A stretch of 64,000 bases of DNA from an uncultured Clostridia bacterium (GTDB lineage: Bacteria; Bacillota; Clostridia; Oscillospirales; Ruminococcaceae): the NCBI GenBank assembly GCA_944386045.1, contig CALWZO010000042.1, positions 32,934-96,933 of the forward strand, written 5' to 3'. Below the pieces are notes generated by a model, which saw only the letters and a list, made by a program, of their open reading frames with translations, made no database searches and was not told where the DNA came from. Made by a program: the position numbers and the translations under genes. Positions 8,265 through 15,913 of this stretch are shown here, in pieces. Positions within the stretch are counted from its first letter, which is position 1, and each line of letters opens with the position of its first letter.

Positions 8265-9913
8265 ATGAAAATAAAAGAGCTGATATCGGCCATGACACTT
8301 GAAGAAAAAGCCGGTCTGTGTTCCGGCATGGACTTCTGGCACACAAAGGCCGTAGACAGGCTGGGAATTAAACCAATGATGGTAAGCGACGGCCCTCACG
8401 GACTGCGAAAACAGGACGAAAAAGCCGACCACCTGGGTGTAAACGAAAGCATCAAAGCCGTAGGTTTTCCGGCCGGCTGTGCAGGAGCGTCTTCCTTTGA
8501 CAAACAGCTGATTTTCAATATGGGTCAGGCCCTGGGCAATGAATGCCAGGCGGAAGGAGTCGGGGTCATACCTGGCCCGGCTGTAAATATAAAGCGCTCC
8601 CCGCTGTGCGGCAGAAATTTTGAATATTATTCGGAAGATCCTTTGGTGTCTTCTGAAATAGCCGCAGCTTTTATAAATGGCGTTCAAAGCCAGAATGTGG
8701 GCACAAACATAAAGCATTTTCTGGCCAACAACCAGGAACACAGAAGGATGTCATCCTCATCACAGGTAGACGAAAGGACACTGCGCGAAATTTACCTTGC
8801 AGCATTTGAAGGCGCGGTGAAAAAGGCAAAGCCGTGGACAGTCATGTGCTCTTACAACAAAATAAACGGCATCTACGCCGCTGAAAACAAAAAATTCCTC
8901 ACTGATATACTGAGGGACGAATGGGGATTTGACGGTTTTGTAATGAGCGACTGGGGCGCACTGAACAACCGCCCTGCCGATCTTGCCGCCGGCATGGACC
9001 TGGAAATGCCGTGGATAGATGATGTGTCAGCGGTGCTGGAAATGTACCTTGGCGGCCAGGCTGTCGGCGGCGCAACCGTAAACCTGCTTTTCGGAAAAGC
9101 CAATCCGTCGGGACACCTTGCCGAAACATTCCCGCTGAAGCTGGAGGACAATCCCTCCTACCTGTACTACACCGGAGAAGGCGATGTCACCGAATATCGT
9201 GAAGGCGTGTTTGTGGGTTATCGCTATTACGACAAAAAGAAAATGCCGGTGCTGTTCCCCTTCGGACATGGGCTGAGCTATACAGAATTCCGGTATTCCG
9301 GCATAAAACTCAGCCGGCAGTCAATCACCGAAAATGACCTGCTCACCGTAACAACCGAAATAACCAACACCGGAAAAGTGGCCGGAAAAGAAGTGGTACA
9401 GCTGTATGTGGGCACAAAGGACAGCGATGTGATAAGGCCTGTAAGAGAACTGATAGCTTTTGAAAAGGTATACCTGGAACCCGGACAGACCAAAACTGTC
9501 ATATTCATACTGGACAAACGCGCGTTTTCCTATTTTGACATGGGTATAAACGACTGGTTTGTGGAAAGCAAGGATTATGAAATCAGCCTGGGCTCTTCCT
9601 CCCGTGACCTGCGTCTTTGCGCTGTGGTGGCTGTCAAAGGGCTGAAACGGAAGAAAATGGTATACACCGCCGACAGCACATTCGGCGATGTGGCAGCTAA
9701 TCCTGCCAACAGGCAGATAGTTGAACAGATAATGGCAGCCAGTGCCAATTCCCGCCTTGGTGGCGGCGGTGACACACGGGGCCGGATTTCCGGCGAAATG
9801 ATGGCCGCAATGCTCAGATATATGCCTCTGCGCGGTCTGCACTTTTCGGATTTGTAGACAGTCTGGACACAGTGGGCCGGCTGGTGGAAAAACTTAACCG
9901 GGCCAACAACTGA
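8265..9913 (+). pseudogene. glycoside hydrolase family 3 beta-glucosidase, internally deleted (alpha/beta-sandwich domain missing) and probably frameshifted near the 3' end
   Basis: GH3 domain-1 motifs are present (GPHGLRKQ, RSPLCGRNFEYYSEDP, GFVMSDWGA). AAGMDLEMP is followed after about 8 aa by AVLEMYLGGQ..NPSGHLAETFP, which normally lies a whole domain later. Frame 0 stops at 9857, while the shifted frame reads LFGFVDSLDTVGRLVEKLNRANN* to 9913, just before the terminator. Confidence 0.6.
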
Positions 9914-9920
9914 AAATGAC

Positions 9921-9947
9921 AAAAGGCGGATTATTTCCGCCTTTTTT
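9921..9947 (+). terminator. intrinsic terminator after the GH3 pseudogene
   Basis: AGGCGGA/TCCGCCT stem followed by TTTTTT. Confidence 0.8.
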
Positions 9948-9948
9948 G

Positions 9949-9977
9949 TTGTTAAAATTCAGTTTCGGTGATATAAT
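9949..9977 (+). promoter_or_regulatory. sigma-A promoter of azlCD (TTGTTA-17-TATAAT)
   Basis: Read directly, between the terminator at 9921-9947 and the azlC SD. Confidence 0.55.
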
Positions 9978-10005
9978 TTTCATTAAATATTTGGGGAGGT
10001 ATATT

Positions 10006-10695
10006 ATGGACAAAAATCTGAAATACACTTTTGTGCGGACTTTGCCCATACTTGTGGGATTTATTTTTATCGGTGCAGCCTTTGGGCTTCTAGCAAACGA
10101 GATGGGATTTGGGCTGGCGCAAACAGTATTTATGAGCGCCGTTATTTACGCCGGCAGCCTGCAGTTTGCCCTGCTTCCGATTATAGGCGGCGCGGGCAGT
10201 TTTGCCACAATAATACTGATCAGCCTTTCTGTATCATCAAGGCAGATGTTTTACGGGCTTTCTTTTATAGAGAGATTCAGGAAAATGGGCAGGCGTGCGC
10301 TGTTCATAATATACACACTGTGTGATGAAACCTATTCCGTGCTGTGCTCTGACCCTCCTGCCGATGCAGACAGGGACAAATTTGACTTTTATGCCGCTGT
10401 TCTAAACTACATATACTGGATTGCAGGCGGTGCAATAGGAAATTTATTCGGTCAGCTGATAACAATAGACACCACCGGTGTGGATTTTGCCATGACTGCA
10501 CTTTTTATTGTAATATGTACCGAACAGTGGATGTCAAAGGCCAACCGTCTGCCGGCGGTTGTGGGCGGTGTATGCGCCTGCCTGTGCCTGGCGGTTTTCG
10601 GCCGGTCATCTTTTATTCTGCCCGCAATGATCCTGAGCATGGCTGTACTGCTGACAATAAAAAACAAAGTGAAGGAGGCCGGCACAGATGAATAA
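10006..10695 (+). CDS. azlC: AzlC family branched-chain amino acid exporter subunit
   Basis: Multi-TM protein with an AGSLQFALL motif. ATG 10006 lies 6 nt after GGGGAGG. The ORF extension to 9916 overlaps the terminator and promoter. Confidence 0.85.
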   Translation: MDKNLKYTFVRTLPILVGFIFIGAAFGLLANEMGFGLAQTVFMSAVIYAGSLQFALLPIIGGAGSFATIILISLSVSSRQMFYGLSFIERFRKMGRRALFIIYTLCDETYSVLCSDPPADADRDKFDFYAAVLNYIYWIAGGAIGNLFGQLITIDTTGVDFAMTALFIVICTEQWMSKANRLPAVVGGVCACLCLAVFGRSSFILPAMILSMAVLLTIKNKVKEAGTDE

Positions 10696-11023
10696 TCCGA
10701 CAATATATTTTGTATGTGCAGTGCTGGCAGCTGCCGCATGCAATCTTTTTACCAGGGCATTTCCTTTTATAATGTTTTCAAAAAGTGAAAAACTGCCTGA
10801 CTTTGCCTTATATCTGGGCAGGTATCTGCCCCCATGCGTGATGGCGGTGCTGGTGGTTTATTGCCTTAAGGGCATCAGTTTTTCGTCTGCATCCGGTTTT
10901 ATCCCTTTGCTGGCATCTTCTCTGGCGGTGCTTTTGCTTCACCTGTGGAAACGCAACAACCTGATAAGCATTGCCGGCGGCACACTGCTGTATATGGTGC
11001 TGGTACAGGTGGTATTTTCCTGA
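10688..11023 (+). CDS. azlD: AzlD family branched-chain amino acid transport protein
   Basis: 111-aa, 4-TM protein overlapping azlC by 8 nt. SD AAGGAGG. Confidence 0.8.
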   Translation: MNNPTIYFVCAVLAAAACNLFTRAFPFIMFSKSEKLPDFALYLGRYLPPCVMAVLVVYCLKGISFSSASGFIPLLASSLAVLLLHLWKRNNLISIAGGTLLYMVLVQVVFS

Positions 11024-11036
11024 AAAAACGCAAAAC

Positions 11037-11063
11037 AAAAGCGGCCCTCGGGCCGCTTTTTTA
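11037..11063 (+). terminator. intrinsic terminator after azlD
   Basis: GCGGCC/GGCCGC stem followed by TTTTTT. Confidence 0.8.
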
Positions 11064-11087
11064 TCTGCAAAAATTTTATCTGAAAGT

Positions 11088-11116
11088 CAGAAAAGGGCTG
11101 CATAAGCAGCCCTTTA
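11088..11116 (-). terminator. intrinsic terminator ending the hisS-aspS-sORF transcript
   Basis: GGGCTGC/GCAGCCC stem with TTTT on the minus strand. Confidence 0.7.
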
Positions 11117-11118
11117 TA

Positions 11119-11265
11119 TTATTTGTTTTTCTTTGCTTTTGCTTTTCTGACTTCTTCCTGAATAAGCATAACCACAACAACAGCAAAGCCGATATATCCC
11201 AGCCAGTTGTTATGATTTACAGTTACAGAACCTTCGCAAAGGTTGCACAACAGTGAATAAAACAT
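11119..11265 (-). CDS. unannotated small membrane protein, 48 aa (MFYSLLCNLCEGSVTVNHNNWLGYIGFAVVVVMLIQEEVRKAKAKKNK)
   Basis: Below the ORF-track cutoff. ATG is preceded by AAGAGG at 8 nt. One TM segment plus a Lys-rich tail. The stop is followed by hairpin GGGCTGC/GCAGCCC and a T-run. It lies 51 nt downstream of aspS with no terminator between. Confidence 0.5.
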   Translation of the reverse strand: MFYSLLCNLCEGSVTVNHNNWLGYIGFAVVVVMLIQEEVRKAKAKKNK

Positions 11266-11316
11266 TCCACATTACCTCTTTCTGTAAATACGCAAAATAG
11301 CTACTTAATAAGTATA

Positions 11317-13098
11317 CTACTTTTTCTCAATCAAGTCAATATACAGCTCGTCCAGCTGTTTCTGTTCTACCACATCCGGGCAACCTGTCATCAGCTCGCT
11401 GGCGTTCTGCACTTTCGGGAAGGCTATAACATCTCTGATGGAGTCCTTTTTGCCCATCAGCATGCACAGTCTGTCAAAGCCGTAAGCCATACCACCGTGC
11501 GGCGGCGCGCCGTATTTGTACGCTTCGATAAGGAAGCCAAAGCTGTTTTGCATTCTTTCTTCGGTAAAACCCAGAACCCTGAACATCTTCTGCTGCAGTT
11601 CCGGGTTGGAAATTCTGATGGAACCGCCGCCCAGCTCTACGCCGTTCAGCACCATGTCATAGGCTTTGGCACGGCAGGCACCCGGGTCGGTTTCAACCTT
11701 GTCTATGTCCTCTTCTTTAGGCATAGTAAAGGGGTGATGAACAGCAACATATCTGTTTTCTTCCTTGTCAAATTCAAACAGCGGGAAATCTGTAACCCAC
11801 AGGAAATTGAAAGCGTCAGGGTCAAACAGGTTGTATTTTTTTGCAACTGCCAGACGCAGTGCGCCCAAAGCTGCAAATACCACGCTGTTTTCCGCATCGG
11901 CAACTGCCAGGATGACATCGTTTGTGCCGGCGTTTGCCTTCTGCCTGATAGCCTGAATTTCTTCTTCTGTCAGGAATTTTTCAAAGCTGGATGTAGTTGA
12001 TTCCTCTGTTATTCTGGTGTAAGCCAGGCCTTTTGCACCATAGGTTTTTACCACATCAGCCAGCTTGTCTATCTCTTTGCGGCTCATTTTGTCCGCCAGG
12101 TCTTTGGCAACTATACATCTTACACTGCCGCCGGCGTTGATGGCGTTGGTAAACACGGAAAATCCGCTGTTTTTCACACAGTCTGAAATGTCGCACAGCT
12201 TCATTTCAAAACGGGTGTCCGGCTTGTCCACGCCGTATTCTTCCATTGCCTGTTTGTATGTCATTCTGGCAAAAGGTGTGGGCACATCCACATCCAGAAC
12301 TTCTTTAAAGGCGCGCTTAATGAAGCCTTCGTTCATTGTCTGTATGTCAATTTCGTCCACATAAGCCATCTCGATGTCTATCTGTGTAAACTCCGGCTGA
12401 CGGTCAGCACGCAGGTCTTCGTCACGGAAACATCTGGCTATCTGCATATATCTGTCATAGCCGGACAGCATCAAAAGCTGTTTGTACAGCTGGGGGCTTT
12501 GGGGCAGGGCGAAAAATCTGCCCGGCTGAACGCGGCTGGGCACGATATAGTCGCGGGCGCCCTCCGGTGTGGATTTTACCAGGACAGGTGTTTCTATTTC
12601 CACAAAGTCATTTTCGTCAAAATAGTCCCTGGCTATTTTTGCCAAGCGGTGACGAACAACCAGTGCATCGTGTGCGGTGCTTCTTCTCAGGTCCAGATAA
12701 CGGTATTTCAGCCTCAGCTCATCTTTTACATTTACATCATCCTTTATTTCAAAAGGAGTGGTCCGAGCCTCGGAAAGTATTTTCAGTTCCTGTACTTTTA
12801 CTTCTATTTTGCCTGTGGCGATATGTTCGTTTGCACTTTCTCTCAGCGCTACTGTACCTTTTGCCATAACAACATATTCTGTGCGCAGGCTTTTGGCTTT
12901 TTCAAAGGTTTCCCTGGGGCACTCGTCGTTGAAATTCAGCTGGATTATACCCTTTGTATCTCTCAAATCACAAAAAATAACTGCGCCCAGGTCCCTGGCT
13001 TTGGCTATATATCCGGCCACTACAACCTGCTGGCCGGCCATTGTTTCATTGAGGGCAGCCGAATAGTGGGTGCGCCTCATATTTCCCATTGTTTCCAT
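11317..13098 (-). CDS. aspS: aspartate--tRNA ligase
   Basis: Class II motifs FRDEDLRADRQPEFTQID and GGGSIRI, 593 aa. SD AAGAGG. Confidence 0.95.
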   Translation of the reverse strand: METMGNMRRTHYSAALNETMAGQQVVVAGYIAKARDLGAVIFCDLRDTKGIIQLNFNDECPRETFEKAKSLRTEYVVMAKGTVALRESANEHIATGKIEVKVQELKILSEARTTPFEIKDDVNVKDELRLKYRYLDLRRSTAHDALVVRHRLAKIARDYFDENDFVEIETPVLVKSTPEGARDYIVPSRVQPGRFFALPQSPQLYKQLLMLSGYDRYMQIARCFRDEDLRADRQPEFTQIDIEMAYVDEIDIQTMNEGFIKRAFKEVLDVDVPTPFARMTYKQAMEEYGVDKPDTRFEMKLCDISDCVKNSGFSVFTNAINAGGSVRCIVAKDLADKMSRKEIDKLADVVKTYGAKGLAYTRITEESTTSSFEKFLTEEEIQAIRQKANAGTNDVILAVADAENSVVFAALGALRLAVAKKYNLFDPDAFNFLWVTDFPLFEFDKEENRYVAVHHPFTMPKEEDIDKVETDPGACRAKAYDMVLNGVELGGGSIRISNPELQQKMFRVLGFTEERMQNSFGFLIEAYKYGAPPHGGMAYGFDRLCMLMGKKDSIRDVIAFPKVQNASELMTGCPDVVEQKQLDELYIDLIEKK

Positions 13099-13120
13099 AA
13101 TAAATTACCTCTTGATTTAT

Positions 13121-14380
13121 TTATATCAGTTGATTTCTGACCGGCTGTGACAAATCCAGTGACAGTTGTTCTTTGGTCTGCATATTTTTGGCCACCGCTT
13201 TTTTGCTTTGCATCTCATCATCGCCCAGTACCACTGTATAGCGCGCGCCTATCTTGTCAGCATATTTCATCTGGGCTTTCAGGCTGCGGTTCATAAGGTC
13301 GCTCTGGGCTTTCAGGCCCTCTGACCTGGCCTTTTCAGCCATGGCAAAAGCAAAGATTTTGGCTTGTTCGCCTATTCCGGCAAAGAATATATCCGGGCGG
13401 CTGTCCTCGCCCAGGCTCTTACCCTCTGCCTCCAAAGTCAGCAACAGCCTTTCAATACCCATACCAAATCCAACGGCCGGAGTGTGGTTTCCGCCCAGCT
13501 CTTCAAACAGTCCGTCGTATCTTCCGCCGCCGCATACAGTGCCCTGTGCGCCTATGCCGTCGTAAACAAACTCAAATACTGTCTTTGTGTAGTAGTCCAG
13601 GCCGCGTACAATCTTGGTATTGATCTGATATTCTATGCCCATCGCCTGCAAAGTTCTCTGCAGACCTTCAAAATGCTCCTTGCACTCGTCGCACAGGTTG
13701 TCCAGGCCCACCGGAGCATCTTTGGCTATCCGGGCGCATTTTTCCTCTTTGCAGTCCAGAATTCTCAGCGGGTTTTTCTCCAGCCTGTTTTTGCAGTCTT
13801 CGCACAGCTGGTCTTTATGACCGGCAAAATAGGCTTTCAGCTTGTCGTGGTATGCCGGGCGGCAGTTGGGACAGCCGATGGAGTTGATGTACAGCTTGAC
13901 ATTGTCAAGTCCCAGATCGCGCAAAATTTTTGCGGCAACCGCGATAACTTCCGCATCGGCAGTATAATCCCGGGCACCGAAAAGCTCTATACCCAGCTGG
14001 TGAAACTCTCTCAGGCGGCCGGCCTGGGGCTTCTCATATCTGAAACAGCTGAGGATATAATATGCTTTCAGCGGCAGGCCTTCGTTGAGAATACCTTTTT
14101 CCAGTACCGAGCGCACGGTTGAAGCAGTACCTTCCGGACGCAGGGTAATGCTTCTTTTACCCTTATCCTCGAAGGTGTACATCTCTTTGTTGACTATATC
14201 CGTTGTATCACCCACACCTCTTAAAAACAGCTCTGTGTGTTCAAAAGTCGGGGTTCTGATCTCTTTAAAACCATACTGATCCACCACTTCGCGCAGCTTT
14301 TTTTCCAGCAAAAGCCACTTGTAGCTTTCGTATGGAGAAACATCCTGCGTGCCGCGGGGGCCGCTTACTTTTTGTGCCAT
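13121..14380 (-). CDS. hisS: histidine--tRNA ligase
   Basis: GPRGTQD, RPEGTAS and GGGRYD motifs. ATG 14380 lies 6 nt after AGGAG. The TTG at 14401 is an ORF-track extension. Confidence 0.95.
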   Translation of the reverse strand: MAQKVSGPRGTQDVSPYESYKWLLLEKKLREVVDQYGFKEIRTPTFEHTELFLRGVGDTTDIVNKEMYTFEDKGKRSITLRPEGTASTVRSVLEKGILNEGLPLKAYYILSCFRYEKPQAGRLREFHQLGIELFGARDYTADAEVIAVAAKILRDLGLDNVKLYINSIGCPNCRPAYHDKLKAYFAGHKDQLCEDCKNRLEKNPLRILDCKEEKCARIAKDAPVGLDNLCDECKEHFEGLQRTLQAMGIEYQINTKIVRGLDYYTKTVFEFVYDGIGAQGTVCGGGRYDGLFEELGGNHTPAVGFGMGIERLLLTLEAEGKSLGEDSRPDIFFAGIGEQAKIFAFAMAEKARSEGLKAQSDLMNRSLKAQMKYADKIGARYTVVLGDDEMQSKKAVAKNMQTKEQLSLDLSQPVRNQLI

Positions 14381-14435
14381 AAATATCTCCTGTTCACGCA
14401 AAAATCATTGCGAAAAATGTTTTTTCTATCTAAAT

Positions 14436-14464
14436 ATACTACCACAATATTGACATATCGTCAA
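14436..14464 (-). promoter_or_regulatory. sigma-A promoter of hisS-aspS (TTGACG-17-TAGTAT with TGg extension)
   Basis: Read on the minus strand. About 55 nt upstream of the hisS ATG. Confidence 0.6.
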
Positions 14465-14527
14465 CCGAAAACGGGCCGTATGCCACCATACACAAGGGCC
14501 TGCTTTAACAGGATTTTACCTGTAAAA

Positions 14528-14560
14528 GCAAAAAGCCCAAAGCCGTAAAGCTCTGGGATT
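14528..14560 (-). terminator. intrinsic terminator after mgsA
   Basis: CCCAGAGC/GCTTTGGG stem (one mismatch) followed by CTTTTT on the minus strand. Confidence 0.7.
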
Positions 14561-14566
14561 TTTTAC

Positions 14567-14980
14567 CTATCTTATTGCGTTTTTGGGGTTGACGATATTG
14601 CGCCAGTCCAGGTCGCCCCTTTCCAGGCCGTGTATCAAAACTTCGGCTGTGGCAATATTTGTGGCTACCGGAATGTTGTTTTCATCGCAAAGGCGCAGAA
14701 GATTTCTGTCGCTGGGTTCGCCCTGCTTTGCGGTTATCGGGTCGCGGAAAAACAGCAGCATGTCAATTTCGTTGTATTGCAGCCTTGCTGCAATCTGCTG
14801 GTCGCCGCCCTGGGAGCCGCTGTAAAAACGATGGACCTTTAATCCGGTGGCCTCGGCAACCATTTTGCCTGTTACGCCTGTCGCAAGAAGATTGTGCTTT
14901 GCCAAAATTCCGCTGTAAGCTATGCAAAATTGTACCATCAGCTCTTTCTTTTTATCATGTGCGATCAGTGCAATGTTCAT
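14567..14980 (-). CDS. mgsA: methylglyoxal synthase
   Basis: [16 protein letters not shown]...LLATGVTG signature, 137 aa. Confidence 0.9.
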   Translation of the reverse strand: MNIALIAHDKKKELMVQFCIAYSGILAKHNLLATGVTGKMVAEATGLKVHRFYSGSQGGDQQIAARLQYNEIDMLLFFRDPITAKQGEPSDRNLLRLCDENNIPVATNIATAEVLIHGLERGDLDWRNIVNPKNAIR

Positions 14981-14998
14981 TTTAACCTCCGTATTAAA

Positions 14999-15727
14999 TC
15001 AAATAATTATCTGTACATCCTGCCCCTGTATTCTTCGGCATATAGCCCTGAAAATCTGTCTTTCCGGCGAAAGGGGAGCAAGCAGGCTGCCGTTGATTGC
15101 GCATTTGGATATTGCCGCCGAAGCCGGTATAACACCCAACAGTCTGGCACACACGCCGTCTATAATCCGGTCCAGATCTTCAAAGCCGGAATATTTAAAG
15201 TTATCACGGGAAAATTTGTTGATTATCAGTCGTATATCCCTCAGGCCGGCGTCATACATTTCGTCAGATACCAGTCTGCCGTCCCTGACGCTTATAACAT
15301 CAGCAGTAGCCACTATTACACCCAATGTGGCGGCCTCGCAGGCGGCATAAAAAGCATCGGCCAAACCTGCAGCTGTGTCTATCAGTATGTAGTCATAATC
15401 CTCATAAAGGCTGTCGGTCAGCCGCTTAAAACCGGTAAAATCCGTATCCGAACTTTTATACGGTGCCGCAATAATATGAAGATTGTCCGTGTGGGGGCTG
15501 GTGAGGGTAGCTTTCCGTGGATCACATCTGCCTTTCAGCACATCTGAAATGTCATACACCGCCTGCCGCCCTGTGCCGGATATCACATCAACACTGCGCA
15601 GCCCGGCATCCAGTTCTATCAGCAAGGTTTTGCTTCCGCTCAGCGCCAGCTCGCTTGCCATGAAAACAGCCACTGTACTTTTGCCCGTCCCGCCTTTGCC
15701 GGACGCTATCATCATGACTTTTGCCAT
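14999..15727 (-). CDS. minD: MinD/ParA-family P-loop ATPase (MinD-like, lacks the C-terminal membrane-targeting helix)
   Basis: Deviant Walker A SGKGGTGKST. By eye it is collinear with MinD up to ..IFRAICRRIQGQDVQIII, where it ends. 242 aa. Confidence 0.8.
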   Translation of the reverse strand: MAKVMMIASGKGGTGKSTVAVFMASELALSGSKTLLIELDAGLRSVDVISGTGRQAVYDISDVLKGRCDPRKATLTSPHTDNLHIIAAPYKSSDTDFTGFKRLTDSLYEDYDYILIDTAAGLADAFYAACEAATLGVIVATADVISVRDGRLVSDEMYDAGLRDIRLIINKFSRDNFKYSGFEDLDRIIDGVCARLLGVIPASAAISKCAINGSLLAPLSPERQIFRAICRRIQGQDVQIII

Positions 15728-15843
15728 AAAATCTCCCGTTTGTCAGATGCCGCGGCCTTTGCCCTCAAACCGGGCAAAGCACTTTTGCCGATTATAAAAT
15801 CGCCCGGCAGGTTTACAAAAACCGCTTTAATTTAACAAGTTAA

Positions 15844-15872
15844 ATTATACCACAATTATTTTTAATATACAA
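15844..15872 (-). promoter_or_regulatory. sigma-A promoter of minD-mgsA (TTGTAT-17-TATAAT with TGg extension)
   Basis: Read on the minus strand within the 186-nt mrdA-minD spacer. Confidence 0.55.
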
Positions 15873-15913
15873 TAGATTTACCATGGGCACCAAAACCATA
15901 AGGAAAAGCCCTG

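Noticed and set aside
14381-14566. A T-box leader was expected upstream of hisS-aspS, as in many Firmicutes.
   Set aside because: The region contains the mgsA terminator and then a promoter about 55 nt from the ATG. There is no room for Stem I, specifier and antiterminator, and I saw no T-box consensus (AAnnnGGGTGGTACCGCG-like) sequence.
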